Source: a virus. Taken from it: a stretch of 64,000 nucleotides of DNA. Location: the IMG/VR virus record IMGVR_UViG_3300032285_004186; one strand, given 5' to 3'. The translations under genes and the position numbers were made by a program. The notes under the pieces are model-generated. The model saw nothing but the letters and a program-made list of their open reading frames with translations. It made no database searches and was not told where the DNA came from. Positions 19,348 to 28,218 of this stretch are shown here, piece by piece (position 1 is the stretch's first letter; each line of letters begins with the position of its first letter).

Positions 19348-20307
19348 ATGAGGCAGTTACCTGGAAGTTATGTTTTAAGTAAGTTTTATACACTAGCAGG
19401 GGAGCCTACTTTTCGTAAATTTGACGGAAATTATAATGCCTCTTGTCCTATTTGTCGTGAAGGTAAGAGCTGGTTGAAGAAAAAAAGACTTTATTTTTAT
19501 CCGTCAACCAGCTCTTTTTATTGTTTTAATTGTAACAAATCTTGGAATGCCCTTAATTGGATAAGAGAATCCTCTAATCTTACGAAGGAAGAAATAGAAT
19601 TAGAGGCATTTAGTGGTAGTTTATCTATTGATATCACAGATCATAATAAACAAGTCAAAAGTATGCGTAAGGAAAAACCTAATCTGCCACACGATTCGTT
19701 GAATTTAAATGATTTGCAGCAACGCAAGTACTACCAGCCTTCTACTTATTTTCAATTGGCCTTGGAGTATTTGGAAAAGAGAAGATTAAATACAGCTATT
19801 AATAAATCAGACAATTTTTATATAAGCTTGACAGATCATTTTCATAAAAATCGTCTTTGTATTCCTTATTATGATAGAAATAAACAAGTAGTATTTTACC
19901 AAACCAGAAGTTTAGATGGTCAAGAACCTCGATATTTGAATAAAATTGGATATGATAAGACTGTTTTTGGTTTGGAAAGAATAAATCATCAATTAGATTA
20001 TATTTTTCTTTTTGAAGGTCCTATGGATGCCATGTTTGTTAAAAACGGAGTTAGTTTGGCGGGGTTATCTTTAACCAATATTCAAGAAAAACAACTAGCT
20101 GAATTTCCTTTTCATGAAAAAATATGGATTCTAGACAATCCTAAAGCAGATCAGGCAGCTAGGGAAAAGATTTTTACATTAATAAATGCAAAACAAAAGG
20201 TATTCCGCTGGCCTCTGGATAAACCCTATAAAGATTTCAATGAATGGGCTGTAAAAGAGGAAATAGACGAAATACCTTTAGATTTTATTTTAAATTCTTT
20301 ATATTAA
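19348..20307 (+). CDS. gp61: DNA primase
   Basis: Zinc finger CPIC...YCFNC, RLCIPYY, TOPRIM FEGPMDAMF, LDN, KDFNE. Confidence 0.93.
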   Translation: MRQLPGSYVLSKFYTLAGEPTFRKFDGNYNASCPICREGKSWLKKKRLYFYPSTSSFYCFNCNKSWNALNWIRESSNLTKEEIELEAFSGSLSIDITDHNKQVKSMRKEKPNLPHDSLNLNDLQQRKYYQPSTYFQLALEYLEKRRLNTAINKSDNFYISLTDHFHKNRLCIPYYDRNKQVVFYQTRSLDGQEPRYLNKIGYDKTVFGLERINHQLDYIFLFEGPMDAMFVKNGVSLAGLSLTNIQEKQLAEFPFHEKIWILDNPKADQAAREKIFTLINAKQKVFRWPLDKPYKDFNEWAVKEEIDEIPLDFILNSLY

Positions 20308-20852
20308 GACATCTTAGTTATGTCTGCATCTCTTTGTTTTTTAGGAGCCAGGTTAATAAATCCGTTTAATATTTCTCTTAATTTAGCCACTTCACCAGCA
20401 ACACGAGTAATACCATCTGAAGTTTTACGAGTAATACCTCTCATTAAAGAACCTGGCCTATCCACTGCGGCTAGAGTTTTAGCCAAAGATTGACTTTGGG
20501 TGTCATTAATGAATTCTGTAAACTCTTCTAATTTTGCAGCCCATTTACCCATTTCAGAAATAGCATTGGCTGTAATATTAGGATCTACTCCTTGCGTATC
20601 AAAATTGTCTTTAGGTGTTTCATCTTCTAAAGAACCTTGAAAATCTGTTTGATTTTGGTCTGGGGTAAAATCTTCTGGTGCTTTGGGCTCTATTCCTTCT
20701 TCTGCCTCTTTGACTAAGTGGGTAATAAAACTTCTAACAAAAGGAATGTAAGATTCATCACAACTACAAGATTGTTTGCTGGCTTTTAAGATTCTAGACA
20801 CTTCTTTAGAAGATTTAGATTTATTTTTCTTAGTTTTCATTGAATTCTTCAT
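20304..20852 (-). CDS. Hypothetical late protein
   Basis: 182-aa ORF with minus-strand TAAATA at 20865-20870. Confidence 0.6.
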   Translation of the reverse strand: MKNSMKTKKNKSKSSKEVSRILKASKQSCSCDESYIPFVRSFITHLVKEAEEGIEPKAPEDFTPDQNQTDFQGSLEDETPKDNFDTQGVDPNITANAISEMGKWAAKLEEFTEFINDTQSQSLAKTLAAVDRPGSLMRGITRKTSDGITRVAGEVAKLREILNGFINLAPKKQRDADITKMS

Positions 20853-20870
20853 GGATTTATAGTATATTTA
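20840..20870. promoter_or_regulatory. Overlapping divergent promoters: sigma70-type for the queC operon (+), late TAAATA for 20304-20852 (-)
   Basis: TTGAAT(20840-45)-17-TATATT(20863-68)-6-ATG 20875; TATTTA at 20865-70. Confidence 0.55.
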
Positions 20871-20874
20871 CCTT

Positions 20875-21618
20875 ATGGATAGTGCAAACAACGACAAGAT
20901 TTGTGTAGTTTTATATAGTGGAGGCATGGATAGTACTGTAGTTTTGCATCATGCTTTAGCAAACTATAACAAGGTTTATGCCCTAGCTTTTGATTATGGA
21001 CAGAGGAACATAAGAGAATTGACCGGAGCTGAAAATTACATCACAAATTATATTTTAAAATCTTCTTATGCAGAGAAATTAAAGTATTCTCGTATGCCCT
21101 TACCGGTAAAATTTTTAAATTTTAATTCTGCATTAACAGATGAGAATATAGAAGTGCCTAAAATGAAAGAGGTTATTGGTGATCCACAAAATGTAGCGTA
21201 TGTTCCAAATAGAAATATGATTTTTTTGTCCCTAGCGGTGGGCATGGCGGAAAGTGTCGGCGCGCCTGATGTTTTATATGGAGCAGCCAAGGCTGACGAC
21301 ACTTCAGGTTTTTGGGATTGTACACCAGATTTTAGAAATTATCTTAACACTATTCTTTCTCTTAATCGTAGAAATCGTATAGAGATTAAAACTCCTTTAA
21401 TAGACAAAACAAAAAAAGAAATTATCGAATATGGTTTAGAATTGGGTGTAGAGTTTGGTTGGACAAGAACCTGTTATACAGAACATGAAAATTCTTGCGG
21501 AGAATGTCCAAGTTGTTCGGCTCGAATTGCCGGTTGGTTACATACAGGTAAGATAGACCCATTGAAATATTCTAGAGAAATTGATTGGCAAAAATATAAT
21601 TGTCAATCAATATACTAA
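20875..21618 (+). CDS. queC: 7-cyano-7-deazaguanine (preQ0) synthase
   Basis: PP-loop SGGMDS, FDYGQR, YVPNRNMIF, DCT, TPL, TCY...CGECPSC..R zinc site. Confidence 0.93.
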   Translation: MDSANNDKICVVLYSGGMDSTVVLHHALANYNKVYALAFDYGQRNIRELTGAENYITNYILKSSYAEKLKYSRMPLPVKFLNFNSALTDENIEVPKMKEVIGDPQNVAYVPNRNMIFLSLAVGMAESVGAPDVLYGAAKADDTSGFWDCTPDFRNYLNTILSLNRRNRIEIKTPLIDKTKKEIIEYGLELGVEFGWTRTCYTEHENSCGECPSCSARIAGWLHTGKIDPLKYSREIDWQKYNCQSIY

Positions 21619-21621
21619 TAT

Positions 21622-22254
21622 ATGTGTGGCATAGCAGCAGCTCCAACGTTTGAAAAGGCTTTTAATTTATACAGATTAAATTTACATCGAGGCAGTTATT
21701 CTTCTGGCTTAATGTCTGTAGATACTAAGACAGGTGCTTATTTTATATATAAACAACAAAAAGCATTTGAAGAAATAGAATCTTTGCTTTGGAAGATAGA
21801 ACAAAGTAGAAATAATTTTGATTACTTTCTTTTTCATTCAAGAGCCCCCACCAACAGCACAGAAACACTATGGACTGCAGAAACTACTCATCCTTTTGCA
21901 TATGATAATTGTCATGTAGCCCACAATGGTATTATTACAAATTTTCAAGAACTTAATAAAGATTTGAATTTTAATGTAGACACACAAATAATACCATACA
22001 ATCTAATAAAGACATACAATATACAAGAAACATATTCCAACTTGCAAGGATTGCTTACTAGTTGGATAGTTTGGGGTAAAGATGTACATGTAATTAAAGC
22101 TGGTAGCTCTTTATGGATGGACAAAGATTCTTTTTCTTCTTCAAAATTTGAAGGTGCTCACTACATAGAGGAAGACGGTGTAATATTTAATTATATTAAT
22201 AATAAATTTGAAAAAAGTGGAACATTTCCTTATACAAGTACATATTTTATATGA
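21622..22254 (+). CDS. Class II (Ntn) glutamine amidotransferase, stand-alone
   Basis: MCGI N-terminal nucleophile, HRG..SSG, HSRAPT, HPF, AHNGII.N, DT. Confidence 0.88.
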   Translation: MCGIAAAPTFEKAFNLYRLNLHRGSYSSGLMSVDTKTGAYFIYKQQKAFEEIESLLWKIEQSRNNFDYFLFHSRAPTNSTETLWTAETTHPFAYDNCHVAHNGIITNFQELNKDLNFNVDTQIIPYNLIKTYNIQETYSNLQGLLTSWIVWGKDVHVIKAGSSLWMDKDSFSSSKFEGAHYIEEDGVIFNYINNKFEKSGTFPYTSTYFI

Positions 22255-22937
22255 AAAAAATAACAGCAGTAATTGCCACACAGGCAAAATCTATTCAAGA
22301 ATTTGAAAAACGACCCATTTTTAAATCTTTACAACGACATCATGATTCTAAAGATTTATTTTCAGCTGGTAAATTTGATTTTGTCTTAGTTAAAGACAAT
22401 AAAGAGGGGTTGCCTAAAGTGTATAATAAATTTTTGCAAGATTCTAAATATCAAAAAGACATTCTTTTATTTGTTCATGATGACGTTGAATTAGAAGATT
22501 TGTTTTTGATAGAAAAATTGCAAAATTCACCCTACGAGGTTACCGGTTTGGCTGGTACTAAAAAAGCAAATTTAAATAAACCACCCGGCTGGCATTTAAT
22601 GAGCACAAAAGAAGACTGGGTAGGTGAAGTAGCCCATGCTGATTCCTCTGGAGTTTGGACGACAGTTTTTGGTCCAACTAATTCCAGGGCTTTATTAATA
22701 GACGGACTTTTTATAGCAGTAGATGTTAAAGCTATAAATGAAAAAAATGTTTCATTTAATGAAAAATTTGAATTTCATCATTATGATTTATCTTTTTGTT
22801 TAGATTGTAACAAAGCCAAGGTAAAAATAGGAGTTTTGCCTATTAGAGTCATACATCACGGTTTGGGCGACAGTATGCTTTCAGAAGAATGGAAAGTTAG
22901 TGCTGAAATCTTTAAACAAACCTACGGTACAAATTAA
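22251..22937 (+). CDS. GT-A glycosyltransferase-like protein (Glyco_tranf_2_5-like)
   Basis: GLPKVYN, LFVHDDV, GLAG, IDGLFIAV, FHHYDL..CL, IHHG.G. Confidence 0.78.
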   Translation: MKKITAVIATQAKSIQEFEKRPIFKSLQRHHDSKDLFSAGKFDFVLVKDNKEGLPKVYNKFLQDSKYQKDILLFVHDDVELEDLFLIEKLQNSPYEVTGLAGTKKANLNKPPGWHLMSTKEDWVGEVAHADSSGVWTTVFGPTNSRALLIDGLFIAVDVKAINEKNVSFNEKFEFHHYDLSFCLDCNKAKVKIGVLPIRVIHHGLGDSMLSEEWKVSAEIFKQTYGTN

Positions 22938-22959
22938 AAATTACATTTACAATAAACAC

Positions 22960-23553
22960 ATGAGTAGATCAAAAATATACAAAGATGAAGATTATGATGG
23001 ATCTTTGATTCACGGACGATTTGGGTATAAAATTTTTCGTAAGAATTATAATCCATTAGGGGTGATTCATATTACCAGGGGCAATATGGATGTTAAAGAC
23101 AATTTAATTGATTTAGAAGATAAATTAACAAATGATTTCATTTACTCCGAAGATGCTTTGAGTATTTGTTGGGAGATTCCTAACATGAATCCGACAGGAG
23201 CTGTATTCTTTCAAAGACTTTTTATGCAAGAAATTGCTAATCTTTTTAGAACAGATCAATTCGGAATTTACGATCTTTATGTTGACGGAGATGATTTAAT
23301 GTTGCGTAAAAAAGGCATGGGTGAAAATAACAGAGAAGAATTCGGTAAGGCCAGTGTCAGTATCACTAAGGTAACAGACAATATTGCACTGGGTCATATT
23401 GGTATCAACATCTCCGCAGGATCAAGAGCTCCTAGTTTTGCTTTTTCACTATATTTGACAGATGAAAAAGTAGATGAATTGGCCAGTGTAATTGAAGAAA
23501 TTTTCTATGATATTCTTCAAGATTGTTTTATAGCTACTACCAAGGTGATTTAA
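22960..23553 (+). CDS. DUF366-like protein (biotin/lipoate ligase-like fold)
   Basis: Motifs YDGSLI, DV...IDLED, IYSEDAL, FQRLF, DGDDL, KASVSI, GHIGINI recalled as the DUF366 pattern; start refined to ATG 22960. Confidence 0.7.
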   Translation: MSRSKIYKDEDYDGSLIHGRFGYKIFRKNYNPLGVIHITRGNMDVKDNLIDLEDKLTNDFIYSEDALSICWEIPNMNPTGAVFFQRLFMQEIANLFRTDQFGIYDLYVDGDDLMLRKKGMGENNREEFGKASVSITKVTDNIALGHIGINISAGSRAPSFAFSLYLTDEKVDELASVIEEIFYDILQDCFIATTKVI

Positions 23554-23942
23554 TGATTAAGAAAAAATATAATGATGATTTATTTGTGTATCTTGATTGG
23601 CTTCTTAAAAAACCAATCAAGGATTTACAATTGCAAAATGTGCCGTCTACTTTTATCACCAATAGATGGTTGTCTATGACAAATGTAGATATAACAAATA
23701 TTGTTAATACAACATTTAATAGATGGCTTTTGTCTAAAAATTTTAGTTCAGACAATTCATTGGCTTCTAAATTTTATCGGATAGTAATTCCTAAATTTAA
23801 TAAAAGAATATCTTATATTAAAAAACCAACTCTAGAAAATTCCAAGGATATTGAAGATGTTTCTTATCTTGCAAAAAATTTAGAAATGTCTCAAAAAGAA
23901 ATAGAAATGTATAATCAAACCCTTGATTATTTAAACCTTTAA
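23553..23942 (+). CDS. gp62: Clamp loader small subunit-like protein
   Basis: LF.YLD...FITNRWLSM...IVN..FN...FYRIVIPK..KRISYIKK...LAKNLEMS pattern and size; start refined. Confidence 0.6.
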   Translation: MIKKKYNDDLFVYLDWLLKKPIKDLQLQNVPSTFITNRWLSMTNVDITNIVNTTFNRWLLSKNFSSDNSLASKFYRIVIPKFNKRISYIKKPTLENSKDIEDVSYLAKNLEMSQKEIEMYNQTLDYLNL

Positions 23943-23956
23943 TTTAATTATTTTTT

Positions 23957-24340
23957 ATGATAGATAGACCTGTAAATTTAGAAGATCGAATTGGAGGCAA
24001 AATAGAAATAGAACATTATCAGGGCAATGATTTTGAATTAGAAGATTGGGTATTAGATAAGGTATTAGATAATATTTTAATGGTTCAGTATGTGGACATT
24101 AATGAGGCCGGCACAGAAATTAAAAGAGGTAGTTTATGGATACCTATCGGAGCAGTTCAACATACTTGGAGGGTTGCTAAAGTTATTAAAGCCGGACCGG
24201 ATTGTAAAACTGTAAAAGAAGGAAATTATATTGTTTTTCCTAATGATAGAGGTTTAAAAGTGGCAAATCTTAACGGATTAAAAAATGTAGCTTTCTTGAA
24301 TGAAGACCGTATTTTTGGGGTCTGTAATCCAAAGATATAA
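23957..24340 (+). CDS. groES: GroES-like co-chaperonin
   Basis: VLDNILMVQ, GSLWIP, AKVIKAGPDCKTVKEG..IVF, FLNEDRIFGV. Confidence 0.8.
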   Translation: MIDRPVNLEDRIGGKIEIEHYQGNDFELEDWVLDKVLDNILMVQYVDINEAGTEIKRGSLWIPIGAVQHTWRVAKVIKAGPDCKTVKEGNYIVFPNDRGLKVANLNGLKNVAFLNEDRIFGVCNPKI

Positions 24341-24344
24341 TTAA

Positions 24345-24728
24345 GTGAATTTATCTTCTAATGGTTTATCTAGTTTATTGGAAGCTAATGTAGTGGAATT
24401 AAAATTTATAAGAAGACATCCGATTCAAGGCAAACCTATAACCAGACGAATGTTGGCCTCTTTAAACTCTGCAATATTAGATTCAGATCTAGGAAGGACT
24501 GTTTTAAATTTTAAACCACCTACCAGAGCACCATCTTACAATCCTAGTAATTATAATTTAATAACTGTATTTGATATTTTTATGCAAGATTGGAGATCTA
24601 TACCAGCAGATAAAGTAGAAGTAATAAGAGTTCTTCCTTCAGATCCAGTAACAGATTTTTGGGAATATTTTTTTACTTCTTTAGCAAAAATGACACCAGC
24701 TCAAAAAGCTGCCTTTATGGATCAATAA
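24345..24728 (+). CDS. Conserved phage protein, DUF2693 / Sm-like fold
   Basis: VVELKF.R....RRMLASL...ITVFD....WRSI. Confidence 0.55.
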   Translation: MNLSSNGLSSLLEANVVELKFIRRHPIQGKPITRRMLASLNSAILDSDLGRTVLNFKPPTRAPSYNPSNYNLITVFDIFMQDWRSIPADKVEVIRVLPSDPVTDFWEYFFTSLAKMTPAQKAAFMDQ

Positions 24729-25084
24729 TGAATATTAACAACACACCACTCGAAGAAGCTTGTAAATTTCTTTTGCAAAAAAATATATCTTTAGAAGTTA
24801 ATAATAAAATTTTTAAATCTGGAAAATTATTACTTTTTTATCAAAAAAATTTTTATTTAACTTTTGTTTTAAATTCCAACAAAAAAGATAAAGATAAAGT
24901 AGAAATACCAATACCCTTTGAAACAGAAACTCATTTTGAAGACAATTTAATTTATTTTGATTATCGAATAAAAACATTAAGCAAACTGGCACCGGACATG
25001 GAAAATTATTTAAAAATATATCCATCAAAAGTAGCCAGTAATAAGTATTGGGATACTATATTAACTATCAATGCAAGTAATTAA
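24728..25084 (+). CDS. Hypothetical protein
   Basis: GKLLLF...IPIPF; start refined to ATG 24728, coupled to the upstream stop. Confidence 0.55.
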   Translation: MNINNTPLEEACKFLLQKNISLEVNNKIFKSGKLLLFYQKNFYLTFVLNSNKKDKDKVEIPIPFETETHFEDNLIYFDYRIKTLSKLAPDMENYLKIYPSKVASNKYWDTILTINASN

Positions 25085-25331
25085 AACAGTTTTAATTTAT
25101 AGTGTATATTCTGGTTCTTTTTATGAATTACCAGAATCAGACGTTCTTCTATTAGATATTGGACATTTACCTTTAATTAAGAAACCTAATAAATGCAATA
25201 AATGTTATCATAGAGGTTTTGTTGGAAGAGATTCTTTAAATTTAACATATTCCCCTTGTTTGTGCGTGCAAAAAGTCTTAAATTTTGATATTCTTAAGAA
25301 GCTTGAAAACAAACATTCCAGACTTTCTTGA
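25071..25331 (+). CDS. Small zinc-ribbon protein
   Basis: CNKC.HRG..G...PCLC. Confidence 0.55.
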   Translation: MQVIKTVLIYSVYSGSFYELPESDVLLLDIGHLPLIKKPNKCNKCYHRGFVGRDSLNLTYSPCLCVQKVLNFDILKKLENKHSRLS

Positions 25332-26979
25332 TTTTTTTCCAACAAGTAAAGGTGAATCACCTAGATTGCAACAGATACAAGGGTTAAATGCTATTCGTAA
25401 AGCATTTCAATCTGGTAAAAAATATGTTATAGCCAGACTACCAACAGGTTCTGGTAAATCCCATATAGCTACAGCCATAGCTAGATCATCAAAAAGTATA
25501 GATTCAGAACGTAGGATTCTTTTAGAAAATTATGAAGCTTTTCGTAAAGATAAAAGTGGTAATTGGATAAATGATACTATTTTTAAAGAAAAAGAATCTT
25601 TTGGGGCATTTATATTAACCATTACTAGATCTTTACAGGACCAGTACACAGATTTATTTCCAGAACAATTAGCAGTTAAGGGTCAAAGTAATTATCAATG
25701 TGATGTTGATAAAAATTTAACAATAGATTTTGCACCCTGTATTTTTACTCCAGATTTAAAACAAGAATGTTTTAAAGCAGATAGATGTCCTTATCACAAA
25801 GCTCGTAAAAACGCTATAGCATCTCAAGATCCAATTTTAAATTATCGAGTATTTTTCAATTTGCCTCCTTTTTTACAACGAAGGGAATATATTATTTGTG
25901 ATGAAGCAAAAGAACTAGAAAAAGAATTAGTAGGTCAATATTCTATTACAATTAATTATGCTCAATTACTTTCAGAAGAGATATCATTTAAAAAAATAGT
26001 TTCAGATGATAATGAAGAAGCATTCTTGTGGCTACAAGACATTTTTTTACAATTAAAAAATCAAACAGCTGATTTAAAACACAAGTTATCTTTAATGAAT
26101 AACAAGGGAAGTGTTTTAGAAGGTATTCTATTTAAGACAGCCCAACGACTCGGAAAATTAAACAATTTATACAATTCAGTTTGGGATATAGTTGAGATTT
26201 GGCACGAGTGTGAATTTTTAGTAGAAAGCAAAGATTCTAAATCAGTGACATTTGTACCCTTTAATGTCAAACCAATAGCTCAACGTATTTTTAATCAAGC
26301 AGATAAAGTTTTATTAACTTCTGCAACTATTAGTGATCCAGAGGAATATGCTCGTAGCCTAGGAATTAAAAAAGATGAATATGCAGTTGTAGATATTTCA
26401 TCAGTTTTTGATCCTTTAAAATCACCAATTTATTGTTCATCAAAATATAGTTTGTCATTTAAAACACTAGAAGCCAATCTTCCTAAGGTAGTAAACATGG
26501 TGGCAGAAATATGTGACATGCATAAAGGACAAAAGGGATTAATTCATACACACACTAATCAAATTACAGAATTTGTAAAGAAAAAATTAGGCAAAAATCA
26601 AAGATTTTTATTCAGAGAAGTTGGTATTTCCAATCAAGACATTATAGATGAACATCGTATTCGAAAAGAAGAAGATACAATTTTGGTCAGTCCATCTTTG
26701 GACACCGGAGTAAGTTTAGATGATGATCTTGGTAGGTTTCAAATTATTATTAAGGCACCTTATTTGCCGTTAGGTTCTAAAAGAATTAAGAAAATCTTTG
26801 ATAAAAGTCCGCGTTATTATAGCATGTCTATGTTAGACACTTTAATTCAAATGTGTGGAAGATGCACAAGATCTAAAGATGATTATTCCGTAACTTATAT
26901 TTTAGATGGAGCAGCAGTCAAGGCAATCACTACCAATAAAACTCATTTGCCTAAATATTTCTTAGATAGATTCATGTAA
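25285..26979 (+). CDS. DinG/Rad3(XPD)-like SF2 helicase
   Basis: PRLQQ Q-motif, PTGSGKS, KGQSNYQC..APC..C..CPY Cys cluster, DEAK, TSATI, GVSL, QMCGRCTRSKDD...ILD. Confidence 0.88.
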   Translation: MIFLRSLKTNIPDFLDFFPTSKGESPRLQQIQGLNAIRKAFQSGKKYVIARLPTGSGKSHIATAIARSSKSIDSERRILLENYEAFRKDKSGNWINDTIFKEKESFGAFILTITRSLQDQYTDLFPEQLAVKGQSNYQCDVDKNLTIDFAPCIFTPDLKQECFKADRCPYHKARKNAIASQDPILNYRVFFNLPPFLQRREYIICDEAKELEKELVGQYSITINYAQLLSEEISFKKIVSDDNEEAFLWLQDIFLQLKNQTADLKHKLSLMNNKGSVLEGILFKTAQRLGKLNNLYNSVWDIVEIWHECEFLVESKDSKSVTFVPFNVKPIAQRIFNQADKVLLTSATISDPEEYARSLGIKKDEYAVVDISSVFDPLKSPIYCSSKYSLSFKTLEANLPKVVNMVAEICDMHKGQKGLIHTHTNQITEFVKKKLGKNQRFLFREVGISNQDIIDEHRIRKEEDTILVSPSLDTGVSLDDDLGRFQIIIKAPYLPLGSKRIKKIFDKSPRYYSMSMLDTLIQMCGRCTRSKDDYSVTYILDGAAVKAITTNKTHLPKYFLDRFM

Positions 26980-26990
26980 GTAATACTCTA

Positions 26991-28163
26991 ATGAGAAAAT
27001 ATACATATCACGGTGAAATAATGACTATGGTTGAAAGTTTTACAGCAGCTTTCAATGACATTATTGTTAAAGGATATGATAAATCTCGAATAGTTATTCC
27101 AGATAGTGATAAAAAAGTACGATTTGTTTATGCACCTAAGCAGAGAGTTTATGAATCCTTAAACACTCCCGGACCGGGTGGAATATCTGTACCCGTAGTT
27201 TCTATCAGTCAAGGAAGTATAACCAGAGACAAAACTAGGGTTTTTAATAAAAATCAAGGATTTCAAATACCTTACCACTCCACCGGCGAATCAGATGAAA
27301 TCATTAAAAATATATCTCAACCGGTTCCTATCAATTTGACAATTAATATGTCAATTATGACAAAGTATCAGGAACATATGGATCAAATTATTAGCAATTT
27401 TGTTCCTTACTGTGACCCTTATGTAATTATTTCTTGGAAATTTCCAGTTTTACCTGATTCCACAATTCCTTATGAAATAAGATCAGAAGTTTTATGGGAT
27501 GGCATGATAAAAACCACTTACCCAACAGAGTTACAACCAAATGCTCCGTTCAGACTTACCGCAGATACCTCTTTTACTATCAAGGGTTGGTTGTTCAAAA
27601 ACAATGAGGAAGCTTATAATAAAATTTATTACATTAATAGTGATTTTTCACCAGTAGATCAAACATTTTTATTAGAACAATTACAAACAGAAACAACACA
27701 TATATCAGCTGCACCACATATTAAAAGTGCTTCACCTTATCGGTTATCATTTTGGACAGAAAACTTGCCTTATTCATCTTTAAATATTTTTGATATAGAT
27801 TTATATGGCAAATATTTTTTTGATATACAGGGTTTGTATTTAAGTGCCTCAAATAATGAGATGTTGCAAGGTATGCAACTGCATGATTTCTTTAGTTTGA
27901 GACCAAAATTGTCAGCAAATAATCCACCTTTTTATGCTTTAGAGCTATCAGGATTTAAAGTTGAATCAGATCATTATATAAAATTTGAAATACCGCAAAT
28001 ACCATTAACTAGTGGAACATTTGATATTATAGCAGTCAATGAAGCGGGTTATGGTAAATTAACAACTGGTAGTTTAAGACAATCTATTAGTTCGTGGTCT
28101 GGGTGGACCTTAGAACAACCTCCTTATTCCTCCGGAATTTTTGTGACTCTTTTTGAAGCTTAA
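26991..28163 (+). CDS. gp15: Tail sheath stabiliser / tail terminator with C-terminal extension
   Basis: FTAAFNDI, VRFVYAPKQR, RDKTR, PVPINLTINMSIMTK...DQII..FVPY, FTIKGWLF. Confidence 0.8.
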   Translation: MRKYTYHGEIMTMVESFTAAFNDIIVKGYDKSRIVIPDSDKKVRFVYAPKQRVYESLNTPGPGGISVPVVSISQGSITRDKTRVFNKNQGFQIPYHSTGESDEIIKNISQPVPINLTINMSIMTKYQEHMDQIISNFVPYCDPYVIISWKFPVLPDSTIPYEIRSEVLWDGMIKTTYPTELQPNAPFRLTADTSFTIKGWLFKNNEEAYNKIYYINSDFSPVDQTFLLEQLQTETTHISAAPHIKSASPYRLSFWTENLPYSSLNIFDIDLYGKYFFDIQGLYLSASNNEMLQGMQLHDFFSLRPKLSANNPPFYALELSGFKVESDHYIKFEIPQIPLTSGTFDIIAVNEAGYGKLTTGSLRQSISSWSGWTLEQPPYSSGIFVTLFEA

Positions 28164-28218
28164 AAATTTAACAAATAATGTTGTTTATTTGTATATTACA
28201 GTAATTATATAAGTACAT

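Noticed and set aside
20875-23553. Claim that the DNA definitely contains archaeosine
   Set aside because: No dpdA/tgt is visible in the window, so the product and the target (DNA or tRNA) cannot be established from this sequence alone.
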